Assembly: GCA_965205025.1 (NCBI GenBank)
Contig: CBDBFU010000012.1
Span: 213,015 to 277,014, forward strand
Length of the DNA: 64,000 nucleotides
Direction of reading: 5' to 3'
From: Candidatus Poribacteria bacterium
GTDB taxonomy: Bacteria; Poribacteria; WGA-4E; WGA-3G
Part shown: piece by piece, positions 21,168 to 30,857 of the stretch
How positions within the stretch are numbered: position 1 is the stretch's first letter
Layout: the number at the start of each line of letters is the position of its first letter
The notes under the pieces: model-generated
Database searches by the model: none
What the model saw: only the letters and a program-made list of their open reading frames with translations
What the model was told of the DNA's origin: nothing
Position numbers and translations under genes: made by a program

Positions 21168-21935
21168 ATGAAAAAGATCACTCTAACATTTACTTTACTA
21201 TTTCTCGTTGGATTCGTAGTACAACCGGCACTATCACAAGTTGTTGATGGTCTTGTTGCATATTGGGATTTCAACGAAGGTTCAGGTAACATAGCAAAAG
21301 ATATGTCTGGTAATGGACATGACGGAGAATTGTTGGGAGATGCTCAGTGGACTAACGATGGGTATTTCGGTGGTGGAATCGTATTTGATGGTGCTGGAGA
21401 TGAGGTAAATATTCCTTATCATGCAGACCTCAATCCAGAAGTTTTCACCATTTGTGCTTGGGCAAACGTGGCAGATGGAGGAACAGGACATCGTGCTGTA
21501 ATCTCCTCTCGTGCGGATTTCCCACAACGCGGGTTTATCTTCTACTGCACCCCAGGAAATGTATGGCAGTTTTGGATTGGTGCGGGACCAGACAGTTGGA
21601 AATCTGCTCAAGGACCAGGTGTGACTGTTGACGACTGGGATCATCTCGCAGGGACTTATGCTAATGGGAATCATAGGTTTTATGTAAATGGTGAATTTGC
21701 TGCTGAACAGAAATTTAATATCGCTGTTAACCCTGAAGAGGAATTACTTATCGGGGCAGGCGCAAATGAAACTGCTAACCATAACTATTTCTTCAATGGT
21801 ACAATTGATGAAGTGCAAATCTATAACCGTGTCCTCTCCGATGACGAAATCGCAACCGTTATGACAAGTCCCGTGACTGCTGTAGAAGCCTTAGATAAGC
21901 TTGCACTTACATGGGGACAACTCAAAGCGAAGTAG
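21168..21935 (+). CDS. Secreted LamG / concanavalin-A-like lectin-fold protein, paralog 1 of 3
   Basis: Signal peptide 'MKKITLTFTLLFLVGFVVQPALSQ'. Conserved blocks 'DxSGNGHDGxLLGD', 'GDEVNIPYHxDLNPEVFTIxAWANVADGG', 'HRFYVNGEFAAEQ' and 'NGxIDEVxxYNRVLSDDEI'. Ends in '...LTWGQLKAK'. Confidence 0.8.
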   Translation: MKKITLTFTLLFLVGFVVQPALSQVVDGLVAYWDFNEGSGNIAKDMSGNGHDGELLGDAQWTNDGYFGGGIVFDGAGDEVNIPYHADLNPEVFTICAWANVADGGTGHRAVISSRADFPQRGFIFYCTPGNVWQFWIGAGPDSWKSAQGPGVTVDDWDHLAGTYANGNHRFYVNGEFAAEQKFNIAVNPEEELLIGAGANETANHNYFFNGTIDEVQIYNRVLSDDEIATVMTSPVTAVEALDKLALTWGQLKAK

Positions 21936-22025
21936 GATTTGCGATATTTGTGATTCACAGGTTTAAAGTGCTGTGTCTAAGTACAAAATAGCAACTCTCA
22001 ACAAAATTGAAACAGAGGAATAAAA

Positions 22026-22796
22026 ATGAAATATGTCACTTTAACCATAGCATTACTATTACTTATAGGACTGGCAGTACAACCAGTGCTTTCTCAAGAT
22101 CTAAAAAAAGGCATCGTAGCATATTGGGACTTCAACAAAGATGAAGGCGAAACTACCACTGATTCATCTGGCAATGGACACGATGGGACATTGTTAGGGG
22201 ATACAAAATGGACAAAAGACGGCTACTTTGGCGGCGGAGTTATGTTTGATGGTGCTGGAGATGAAGTAAATATTCCTTACCATAAGGATCTTAATCCAGA
22301 AGTATTCACTATCACTGCTTGGGCAAACGTCGCAGATGGTGGTGCTGGACATCGCGCTGTCGTATCATCTCGTGCTGACTTTCCACAACGCGGTTTTATC
22401 TTCTATTGTACTCCTCAGAACACATGGCAGTTTTGGATCGGTGCCGGAGCCAATCACTGGAAATCAGCCCAAGGTCCCGCAGTCAATCTTGATAAATGGG
22501 ATCACCTTGCTGGCACCTATGCGGACGGAAATCATAGGTTTTATGTAAATGGTGAATTTGCAGCGGAACAGAATTTTGATATTGATCTTAACCCCGATCA
22601 AGAATTTCTCATCGGTGCTGGAGCAAATGAAACCGCAAACCATAACTACTTTTTCAATGGTATAATTGATGAAGTACGTCTTTATGACCGTGTTCTGGAC
22701 GACGACGAAATCGAAGCAGTTATGAAGAGTGATTCCTTGGATGTTGAACCATCTGGTAAGATCGCTATTACTTGGGGACAACTCAAAACCAAATAG
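22026..22796 (+). CDS. Secreted LamG-fold protein, paralog 2 of 3
   Basis: Same blocks as 21168..21935, with about 70% identity by eye, visible even at DNA level. Signal peptide. Ends '...ITWGQLKTK'. Confidence 0.8.
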   Translation: MKYVTLTIALLLLIGLAVQPVLSQDLKKGIVAYWDFNKDEGETTTDSSGNGHDGTLLGDTKWTKDGYFGGGVMFDGAGDEVNIPYHKDLNPEVFTITAWANVADGGAGHRAVVSSRADFPQRGFIFYCTPQNTWQFWIGAGANHWKSAQGPAVNLDKWDHLAGTYADGNHRFYVNGEFAAEQNFDIDLNPDQEFLIGAGANETANHNYFFNGIIDEVRLYDRVLDDDEIEAVMKSDSLDVEPSGKIAITWGQLKTK

Positions 22797-22824
22797 CATC
22801 AACACTTTATCCATTTGAATTACT

Positions 22825-22871
22825 TAATATAACAAAGGAGTCGGGTTTAACCCACTCCTTTGTTATATTAA
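22825..22871 (+). terminator. Long perfect inverted repeat (17-bp stem) downstream of LamG paralog 2
   Basis: 'ttaatataacaaaggagt cgggtttaaccc actcctttgttatattaa'. Confidence 0.6.
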
Positions 22872-22876
22872 GTATA

Positions 22877-22965
22877 CAGTGTATCTCATAAATACGAATC
22901 CATTCTACCGATATAATTTCTCTTCGTAGTGGGCGGGATCTCCCCACCCGTTGTTTCAAAATTTA
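22877..22965. repeat. about 90-nt dispersed repeat ('cagtgtatctcat...ttcgtagtgggcgggatctccccaccc...ttcaaaat'), copy A
   Basis: Shares the 'cagt.tatctcat' head and the 'TTCGTAGKGG..GG.T..CC....CC' core with 39871-39965, 41961-42055 and 56560-56615. Confidence 0.5.
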
Positions 22966-23087
22966 TTACATTGACTGACTTTATAGAAAATATTGTACAT
23001 AAACCCTGAGTATTTACTTTGAAAATACCACTGTTACTTGGAAACAACTAATAACTATAAACTAATCCTTAGATGAGGGTATATGAG

Positions 23088-23852
23088 ATGAAGTATATAT
23101 GTATTACATTTGCTTTAATATTCTTTGTTGGATTCATAATACAATCGGCACTATCTAAGAATATTGATGAAGGTATCGTTGCCTATTGGGGACTAAACGA
23201 AGATAATGGTGAAACGGCTAAAGATGATTCTGGGAATGGACACGATGGAAAGTTGCTTGGAGACCCACAGTGGACAAAGGAAGGATATTTTGGAGGAGCT
23301 CTTGAATTCGATCAGGTTGGAGATGAAGTTAACGTTCCATTCCATAAAGATCTCAATCAAGAATCCTTTAGTGTGTGTGCTTGGGCAAACGTTGAACCCG
23401 GAAGTGCAAATCATCGCGCAGTTGTTTCTTGTCGTGATGCCCCGCCATTGAGTGGGTATATCTTTTATGCAGAACCAGGGAATACTTGGCAATATTGGAC
23501 TGGTGATGGGTCATGGGTATCTGTTCAGGGACCTAAGGTAAATCTTGGGGATTGGGATCATCTAACAGGGACCTATGCCGATGGTGTACAAAAGTTCTAC
23601 GTTAACGGAGAATTTGTAGGTGAAAGGAACTCTAAGATTATCGTTAATACAAGACAGGAATTTCTCATTGGTGCCGGTGGGAATGAACTCGGGGCACATC
23701 AATACCTCTTTAAGGGTAGGATTGATGAGGTGCGTTTATATGACCGTGCACTGGACGAAGACGAAATCGCAGCAGTAATGGAGAGTGAAGGATTAGCCGT
23801 GGAAGCATTTCGTAAGATTGCTGTTAAATGGGGACAACTTAAAGCAAAGTAA
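23088..23852 (+). CDS. Secreted LamG-fold protein, paralog 3 of 3 (more diverged)
   Basis: The ORF-track start 23073 gives 'MRVYEM'. ATG at 23088 gives 'MKYICITFALIFFVGFIIQSALS' (signal peptide). Same motif blocks. Ends '...VKWGQLKAK'. Confidence 0.75.
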   Translation: MKYICITFALIFFVGFIIQSALSKNIDEGIVAYWGLNEDNGETAKDDSGNGHDGKLLGDPQWTKEGYFGGALEFDQVGDEVNVPFHKDLNQESFSVCAWANVEPGSANHRAVVSCRDAPPLSGYIFYAEPGNTWQYWTGDGSWVSVQGPKVNLGDWDHLTGTYADGVQKFYVNGEFVGERNSKIIVNTRQEFLIGAGGNELGAHQYLFKGRIDEVRLYDRALDEDEIAAVMESEGLAVEAFRKIAVKWGQLKAK

Positions 23853-23914
23853 GACTATTGGACGTTCAACACTTACCATTCTTTCCTCCTGACTGTTATA
23901 GTATCCAATACTAT

Positions 23915-24245
23915 TTTTGATAATTAAAGTCTCTTTAATTGTAGCATAAACTTTCAGTTTGTGCTGTATTTCAAACATGTATAGGTGTCAATTTAGGAGA
24001 AAAAATGTTGTATCTTAGGAGAAAAAATGTTGTATCCCCAGTCCGGGAGGTGCGGTTTCCCAACCGCACCAAATTTGTGCCAAACCTTGTATTGAAAGCC
24101 TTCTCGTATAATCCGCTTCGGTTAGGAAACCGAAGCTACCGTTCTTGGATGTGCACTAAATTGACGCCTATGGTGCTGTATTTCAAAAGATACATAACAA
24201 CTGTCTATAGAATAAACAATTATAAAAATGGTATAACAATAAACC
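23915..24245. mobile_element. MITE-like element copy with two inner cores and a 22-bp tandem duplication
   Basis: 'taattaaagtctctttaattgtagcataaactttcagtttgtgctgtatttcaaa' (outer TIR junction with no insert). 'gggaggtgcggtttcccaacc' and its reverse complement 'cggttaggaaaccg'. Tandem 'ttaggagaaaaaatgttgtatc' x2 at 23993-24036. Right end '...aaaatggtataacaat'. Confidence 0.55.
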
Positions 24246-24439
24246 GATTAGTTAATCTCTTCATTGAGATAAGTATTCAATAGTAGGTATTTATATACCA
24301 TCTCTACATATATGTCAATTATTCTCACATTGTCATCGCTTAATTTTTGACACACCCAATAACTTCTATGCTATAATTAGGCATTCATAAATAGAAATCA
24401 GGGGTGTAACCCCTCCTATACAGAAGGAGCCAATATATA

Positions 24440-25468
24440 ATGGCAGATATTATTCAAGGTGCTGTTCTCGGATATGGTGCAGCATTTAATATGGGAAAAG
24501 CACACGCAAATATGATGAATAACACTGATGGAATCACATGTGTTGCCGTGTGTGATATTGATCCAGAACGGACAAAAGCTGCTGAAGCAGATTTTCCAGG
24601 TGTCCGTACATACAACACAGTTGAAGATCTGGTTGCTGATGATGATGTGGATCTCATCGCAAACGTACTGCCTCATAGTCTTCACTGTGGGCCGACTGTC
24701 GCTGCTCATAATGCGGGGAAACATGTTGTCGTTGAAAAACCGATGTGCATTACTGTGGCTGAAGCTACAGAAATGATTACTGCTGCAAAAGAGAATGATG
24801 TGATGCTTTCTGTGCATCACAACCGTCGATGGGATTCAGATTTCTGGACACTCCGAGAACTTGTTCAATCCGGTATTATCGGTAAAGTTTTTAGCGTTGA
24901 AATGTGGGGTGGTGGTTACGGAAGACCTAATCCCAATTGGTGGCGAAGTGTAAAAGCAATCTCGGGTGGACATTTCTATGATTGGGGCGCACACTTCCTC
25001 GATTGGTTACTCAATGTCCTTGAAGCACCTATGATAAATGTTACAGGGTTCATGCAACCTAATCTTGTTTGGGAGGATATTACGAATGAAGACCATGTGC
25101 AGGCAGTAATACGATTCGCTGGAGCGAAATATGTCGCTGAGGGCGCATCTGCAAACATACAGATGTCAAGTATTGCTAAGGTCGGTGGAGATAAATGGAA
25201 ACTCCTCGGCTCACATGGGGCAATCGTATCTGAAGGCGGGGAATATAAAGTACTATCCGAAGTTGAAGGACATCCAAAAGAGCAGAAAGTCGGATTTCAT
25301 GGTAGACCCGGTCCAAGTTATTACCAAAATATCGTGGCTCACATAAACGATGGAACACCTTTGCTTGTCACCCCTGAATCTGCACGACGCGTTATCGCAA
25401 TTATGGATTTGGCAGAAAAATCCGCAAAAACCCATCAGTCTGAAACCATTCCCTATGAATTTGAATAA
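24440..25468 (+). CDS. Gfo/Idh/MocA-family NAD(P)-dependent oxidoreductase
   Basis: N-terminal Rossmann 'AVLGYGAAFNMGKAHANMM' and the typical 'EKPM' block. A strong Shine-Dalgarno 'aaggag' sits 8 nt upstream of the ATG. Confidence 0.75.
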   Translation: MADIIQGAVLGYGAAFNMGKAHANMMNNTDGITCVAVCDIDPERTKAAEADFPGVRTYNTVEDLVADDDVDLIANVLPHSLHCGPTVAAHNAGKHVVVEKPMCITVAEATEMITAAKENDVMLSVHHNRRWDSDFWTLRELVQSGIIGKVFSVEMWGGGYGRPNPNWWRSVKAISGGHFYDWGAHFLDWLLNVLEAPMINVTGFMQPNLVWEDITNEDHVQAVIRFAGAKYVAEGASANIQMSSIAKVGGDKWKLLGSHGAIVSEGGEYKVLSEVEGHPKEQKVGFHGRPGPSYYQNIVAHINDGTPLLVTPESARRVIAIMDLAEKSAKTHQSETIPYEFE

Positions 25469-25487
25469 TCTATATTAATTTACATAC

Positions 25488-25520
25488 ATATAAGGCGGAG
25501 TAAATTCCGCCTTATATTTT
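25488..25520 (+). terminator. Rho-independent-type terminator hairpin after the oxidoreductase gene
   Basis: 'ataaggcggagtaaattccgccttatatttt': a GC-rich stem followed by a T-run. Confidence 0.6.
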
Positions 25521-25554
25521 CACTAAACAATTACCTTCCCTCCAATTTCCGAAT

Positions 25555-26571
25555 ATGAAAGCAATTTTATTTGAGAATACACATAAGATCAGCATACAAG
25601 ACATACCTGTTCCAACTCTTGATGCCGGAGATGTACTTATCCAAATGGAATTATGTGGAATATGTGCATCTGACATTGCTGCACTCCGTGGTGATGTAAC
25701 TGACTATACTCCACCCGTAATAATGGGACATGAACTGGCTGGAATAGTAGTTGAAAGTCGACACTCCCAAGTGAAAGTTGGAGAACGGGTCACTGTAAAT
25801 CCAATGCTCTCATGCGGTGAGTGTGCAAATTGTCAAAATGACCAAGACAAGTATTGCAATAAAATTGAAGGTATTGGACACGACATTGATGGAGGATATG
25901 CAGAGTATATCCGAATGCCAAAACATGGTGTTGATACTAACAAACTTATCACCGTACCTGATAATCTACCTCCAGAAGAATTGCTCTTCCTTGAACCATT
26001 AGGATGTTGTCTAAATGCAATGTCAGATACAATCTTCAAAAACAGTGTTGCAATCCTTGGAGCAGGTCCAATTGGTTTATTGTTAACCCAACTAACAAAA
26101 AGAAAAGGTTTAACAACCTATGTGATTGATCCACTTTTACATCGAAGAAAAATTGCTGAAACTGTTGGTGCCGAGGAAACCTTTGATATCTCACCAGACA
26201 GTATTGAGAATCTAAAAGAGATTACCAATGGTGGTGTTGACACAGTTATTTCTGCCACTACCAATAATACAGCTGCAATATCCCTCGCTACTTCTATCGT
26301 ACGAAAAGGGGGTTGTATAAATTACTTTGGTCTTTCACCTGAAGGTGAGGAGCTCAAAATCAACTTAGAAGAATTTCATTATACAGGACACAAGTTGATG
26401 GCATCCTGGGCATTTTCCCGATCAAGTCTCGAAGAATCTCGCCAACTCTTGCTTGAAAAAGCACTTAACTTCATACCTTTGATAACTGATCGGTTTCCAA
26501 TCATAAAAGGTTTAGAGGCATTTGAGAATGCAATCGCGCATCGCGGTGTCAAAACCATACTGCATCCCTAA
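25555..26571 (+). CDS. Zinc-dependent medium-chain alcohol/polyol dehydrogenase
   Basis: 'CGICASDIAALRGD' and 'GHELAGIVVE' zinc-ligand motifs. Structural-zinc Cys cluster 'CGECANCQNDQDKYC'. Rossmann 'ILGAGPIGLL'. Confidence 0.85.
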   Translation: MKAILFENTHKISIQDIPVPTLDAGDVLIQMELCGICASDIAALRGDVTDYTPPVIMGHELAGIVVESRHSQVKVGERVTVNPMLSCGECANCQNDQDKYCNKIEGIGHDIDGGYAEYIRMPKHGVDTNKLITVPDNLPPEELLFLEPLGCCLNAMSDTIFKNSVAILGAGPIGLLLTQLTKRKGLTTYVIDPLLHRRKIAETVGAEETFDISPDSIENLKEITNGGVDTVISATTNNTAAISLATSIVRKGGCINYFGLSPEGEELKINLEEFHYTGHKLMASWAFSRSSLEESRQLLLEKALNFIPLITDRFPIIKGLEAFENAIAHRGVKTILHP

Positions 26572-26850
26572 GAACATTTCCCCGCCACTAAAGACAATTC
26601 CACTCCATTTTACACTTCATTAATTCCAGACATAATATTAGTAATATCTTCTTCTATTGGTTTTTGTCAGTTAGAAGCCTAATAATTCTAACTATATTTG
26701 TTCTTCATTTTTCACAGAATGATATTAGAAAAAGGTTAGATTCTGTAACTTTTTTCAAGATTTATAGTTTCTTATTTAGGTAGGATACACATTAAAAATA
26801 ACAATAAGACATACTTTAAATATATATAACAATGATCAGTTTAATAAGTC

Positions 26851-26892
26851 CTGTGAATTCAGAATTGTCTGATAAATTCTGTGAATTCACAG
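26851..26892. promoter_or_regulatory. Duplicated palindromic site TGTGAATTCA(CA) upstream of nfo
   Basis: 'cctgtgaattcagaattgtctgataaattctgtgaattcacag'. The second copy is a perfect 12-bp palindrome (tgtgaattcaca), about 80 bp upstream of the nfo start. Confidence 0.3.
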
Positions 26893-26972
26893 TAAAATAC
26901 TGTCAACAATGAATATGGAAGGAGATACCTAAGTAACGGATAATATCAGTATTCGCCACTTAGAATTAGCTT

Positions 26973-27812
26973 ATGAACCTCGGTGCACATGTTTCCACAG
27001 CGGGTGGAATTCATAACTCTATCAAAAATGGTGTTGATCTCAAATGTGACGCAATCCAGATTTTTCTTACGAATCCAAATCGTTGGGAATCAAAACCACC
27101 CTCACCTGATATAATAGATGAATTTCGTCAAGCTTGGGAAAACTCTTCTATCAAAGATATAATCGTTCATGATATTCATCTAAGTAATCTTGCATCCCCA
27201 AAAAAAGATGTGTTAGAAAAATCTCAAAAAAAATTTAAGCACCAGATTGAACTTTGTCAACAATCGGGTATATTACTATTTAATACACATCTCGGAGCAC
27301 ATCTTGGTGAAGGTGAAGAATTTGGGTTGAAACAGCTAAGTGATAGTTTGGACTTAATGTTTGAAACAGCTGATGCCACAGATGTAATAGTCTTACTTGA
27401 AACAACTGCTGGTCAAGGAACAAACTTGGGGTACTGTTTTGAACATCTTCGTGATGTAATAGGAATGTCAAATTATCCTGATCGATTCGGTGTCTGTTTA
27501 GATACCTGTCATGTTTTTGCCGCAGGATATGATCTGCGTACTGAAGAGGATTGTGAAACTACTTTTGATAAATTTGATGAGATAATTGGTTTGGAAAGAC
27601 TCAATGCATTTCATATTAACGATGCCAAATCAGAATATAACAGTCGTGTAGATAGGCATGAACATATAGGAGAAGGGAATATTGGTTCAACAGCATTTGA
27701 ATATATTTTAAATGACTCACGTTTTGCTGAAACGCCACTCATCATTGAAACACCAAAGATGAATACAATGCATGGTAAAAATCTAAAAGTCTTACGTGGT
27801 TTAGTGAAATAG
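26973..27812 (+). CDS. nfo: Endonuclease IV (AP endonuclease family 2)
   Basis: 'MNLGAHVSTAGGIHNSIKNGVDLKCDAIQIFLTNPNRW' is a canonical Nfo N-terminus. Downstream His/Asp/Glu metal-ligand blocks ('HINDAKSEYNSRVDRHEHIGEG'). Confidence 0.88.
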   Translation: MNLGAHVSTAGGIHNSIKNGVDLKCDAIQIFLTNPNRWESKPPSPDIIDEFRQAWENSSIKDIIVHDIHLSNLASPKKDVLEKSQKKFKHQIELCQQSGILLFNTHLGAHLGEGEEFGLKQLSDSLDLMFETADATDVIVLLETTAGQGTNLGYCFEHLRDVIGMSNYPDRFGVCLDTCHVFAAGYDLRTEEDCETTFDKFDEIIGLERLNAFHINDAKSEYNSRVDRHEHIGEGNIGSTAFEYILNDSRFAETPLIIETPKMNTMHGKNLKVLRGLVK

Positions 27813-28088
27813 AAAACATAGCAGGAAATAGTACCCAACGAATCTATAGTTATAGGAATATTATTAACGTGAGTTTGAAAATAGTTATATGAACATCATT
27901 TCCAAAATATGGTATTATAATGGATCATGAAAGCATATAGAAGATCCTGATAAGTGCGGATTCACGTTGAGTATAAGTTGTGGTACATACACAAGCTTTG
28001 TCCAAACCCAAGGCACGTGCACTGACAGAGATTACGACAACCGTGATGATAATAAAGACAATTTCAATCAACTTTTCAATTTTTATTT

Positions 28089-29396
28089 ATGGATACAGCA
28101 AGAATTCAGATAAAAGCAGGAAACGGTGGAAACGGGTGTATTAGTTTCCGTAGAGAAAAATTCGTACCTCGAGGTGGTCCTGATGGTGGTGATGGTGGGA
28201 AGGGAGGACACGTCATCCTCGTCGCAACCCTTGGGATGAGCACACTAATTGATTTACACCATAATCCTCGCCAATCAGCCGAAAATGGTGGGCACGGTAC
28301 AGGTAAGAAGCGAGATGGCGCGGATGGTGCAGATCGAATCATAAAGGTTCCTGTTGGTACTATCATTAAAGACTTTGATACTGAAGAAATACTTGCGGAT
28401 CTCACACAACCTGATCAATCTGTTATCGCTGCACGGGGTGGTATCGGTGGAAAGGGAAATTCACGATTCAAGAGTAGTACTTTTCAGAGTCCACGGGTCG
28501 CTGAAAAAGGAGAACCCGGTATTGAACGGGAGATCAGTCTTGAAGTTAAAATAATTGCGGATGTCGGTTTAGTAGGGTATCCAAATGCTGGAAAATCAAC
28601 TTTACTCTCACGGACATCCGCTGCAACTCCAAAAATCGCTTCCTATCCTTTCACTACGCTTATACCGAACTTAGGGGTTGTTCGAATTGATCAAGAACAG
28701 AATTTTGTTTTGGCTGACATACCAGGTCTGATTGAAGGCGCACATAAAGGGGCAGGTTTAGGACACCAATTTTTACGGCATATTGAACGTACCAAAATGC
28801 TTATCCATGTTATTGATCTTAGTGCAATAGATGGTCGAGATCCAATTGAAGATTACGAACAATTGAATCTTGAACTTGGACACTATAATTCACTGTTGAC
28901 TGAACTCCCTCAACTCATTGCATTAAATAAGGTTGATATGCCTGAATCAGAATCAAATATAGAACGAGTGAAAGCATATTTTGGAAAAAGAAAAGTATTT
29001 CCAATTTCTGCAATTACGGGTGAGGGGATCAATTCTCTCATGCAACAAGCCTACAGATCCCTACAATATCTTGAGTCTAAGGCAAGGGAAGAAGCAGAAA
29101 CAACCATCACATTTGAACATGAATTACCTCCCGAACCTCGCAAACGTTTTGAACTGGAAAAGACCGAAGAAGGCTTTATTGTTACAGGGGATGAACCAAA
29201 ACGAGCTGTGGTTATGACAGATATGGAGAACGAACAAGCATTGATGCTCCTATTCCGTAAATTAAAAAAAATGGGAGTGATAAACGCTCTCACACGTTCA
29301 GGCGTCAAAGAAGGCGATACGATTAAAATTGATGATTTCGAATTCACCTACAGTCCTAAAGTAATAAAATCAAATGACACAGAACGGACAGATTAA
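28089..29396 (+). CDS. obg: GTPase Obg/CgtA
   Basis: Obg-fold glycine-rich N-terminus 'IKAGNGGNGCISFRREKFVPRGGPDGGDGGKGGHVIL'. G1 'GYPNAGKSTLLS', G3 'DIPGLIEGA' and a C-terminal TGS/Obg_CT-like tail. Confidence 0.9.
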   Translation: MDTARIQIKAGNGGNGCISFRREKFVPRGGPDGGDGGKGGHVILVATLGMSTLIDLHHNPRQSAENGGHGTGKKRDGADGADRIIKVPVGTIIKDFDTEEILADLTQPDQSVIAARGGIGGKGNSRFKSSTFQSPRVAEKGEPGIEREISLEVKIIADVGLVGYPNAGKSTLLSRTSAATPKIASYPFTTLIPNLGVVRIDQEQNFVLADIPGLIEGAHKGAGLGHQFLRHIERTKMLIHVIDLSAIDGRDPIEDYEQLNLELGHYNSLLTELPQLIALNKVDMPESESNIERVKAYFGKRKVFPISAITGEGINSLMQQAYRSLQYLESKAREEAETTITFEHELPPEPRKRFELEKTEEGFIVTGDEPKRAVVMTDMENEQALMLLFRKLKKMGVINALTRSGVKEGDTIKIDDFEFTYSPKVIKSNDTERTD

Positions 29397-29432
29397 AATC
29401 TTATCTTATCCTACAATAGCCAACCCATAAAA

Positions 29433-30578
29433 ATGCACTCTATGCAAAATACACCAACTTACAATAGAAATGGATTATCGGCTGTTAAACGGATTGTTGT
29501 AAAGGTTGGGAGTAGTACAATCTCTGATAATCTGGTTATCAATGAAGCTGCACTTGATGGACTTGTTCACGATTTAGCAACTGTTAAGCAGCAAGGAATT
29601 GAAGTTATTCTTGTTACTTCAGGAGCAATTGCTGCAGGCTGGCCTCACCTCGGTTTTTCAACCCGTCCTCAGACACTTCCTGAATTACAAGCTGCCGCAG
29701 CAGTCGGACAGACACGTCTTATGTCAGAATATGCTGACCGATTTTCACACTACAAACAATGTGTGGCACAAGTGCTTCTCACACAAGATGACTTTTCGGA
29801 TCGAAGACGTTATACCCGAATGAATGACACTTTGCAAACGCTACTCCAACTCAATGCTATTCCAATTATTAATGAAAATGATAGTGTTTCCGTGGAGGAA
29901 ATTAGGGTTGGTGACAACGACACACTATCAGCCTATGTTACAAACCTTGCACAAGCCGATTTACTTATAATCCTATCAGATCAGCAAGGGTTTTTTACCG
30001 AAGATCCACGGTTCAATCCTGATTCTGAATTACTACACACCATTACTGATATTTCCGATGAAACCTGGCAGGCTGCTGGTGATGCTGGGACAAATAGCGG
30101 TACAGGCGGAATGCTAACAAAGTTACGTGCAGCCGAAATCGTTACTGGGTCTGGAGAAATGATGGTGATTGCTTTTGGTCGAGAACCCCTTGTTATCACA
30201 CGTATTTTAAAAGGTGAATTACTCGGTACACTTTTTATGCCAAATACTCGTATGTCAGGACGTAAAAGATGGATAGCATATTCTCGTCCACCAAAGGGAT
30301 ATCTTGTGGTAGATAAAGGTGCGCGCAATGCCCTTGAGCAAAATGGAAGAAGTTTATTGCCTGCTGGTATACAGCGAGTAGTAGGACACTTCAACTATCA
30401 AGACACAGTCTCGTGTATTTCTGAAAACGGTGCAGAATTCGCAAGAGGTTTAACAAACTATAATTCCACAGAGACAACAAAACTCGCTGGTAAACAAACA
30501 CAAGATATAGAAAACATCCTCGGTTATCACGATTACGATGAAGTAATTCATCGGGATAATCTAGTCCTACTCGGTTAA
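29433..30578 (+). CDS. proB: Glutamate 5-kinase with C-terminal PUA domain
   Basis: 'VKRIVVKVGSSTISDN' amino-acid-kinase N-terminus. 381 aa includes a PUA-like tail. Conserved obg-proB synteny. Confidence 0.88.
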   Translation: MHSMQNTPTYNRNGLSAVKRIVVKVGSSTISDNLVINEAALDGLVHDLATVKQQGIEVILVTSGAIAAGWPHLGFSTRPQTLPELQAAAAVGQTRLMSEYADRFSHYKQCVAQVLLTQDDFSDRRRYTRMNDTLQTLLQLNAIPIINENDSVSVEEIRVGDNDTLSAYVTNLAQADLLIILSDQQGFFTEDPRFNPDSELLHTITDISDETWQAAGDAGTNSGTGGMLTKLRAAEIVTGSGEMMVIAFGREPLVITRILKGELLGTLFMPNTRMSGRKRWIAYSRPPKGYLVVDKGARNALEQNGRSLLPAGIQRVVGHFNYQDTVSCISENGAEFARGLTNYNSTETTKLAGKQTQDIENILGYHDYDEVIHRDNLVLLG

Positions 30579-30629
30579 TTTTTCACACACAAAAATATGA
30601 AGTATAAAACTCACGGAATTTATAGACAT

Positions 30630-30712
30630 ATTTCAGTTTGTACGGTATTTCAAACCATGCTTATCAACTTTTCATAGGATAAACATCTATAGAAATGGTA
30701 TTACTTGAACAT
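30630..30712. repeat. Half-copy (right arm) of the outer MITE family
   Basis: 'tttcagtttgtacggtatttcaaacc...ctatagaaatggtattac'. Confidence 0.45.
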
Positions 30713-30857
30713 TTCTATAAACCAACCCAATCGAATGATTCACAAGTAAACCAGAATACGCATTATGCGTTACAATTAGTGATAAAATGAACTTCTTAAA
30801 ATAGGAGACAGAATGCGTTGAATGAATTAATGTCTCAGCGGATTCTTGTGGTAATTT

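Noticed and set aside
28106-28405. 99-aa Gly/Pro-rich ORF antisense to obg
   Set aside because: It is antisense to the glycine-rich Obg-fold coding repeats (GGxGG codons read in reverse give Pro/Pro-Ser runs). obg on the plus strand is unambiguous.
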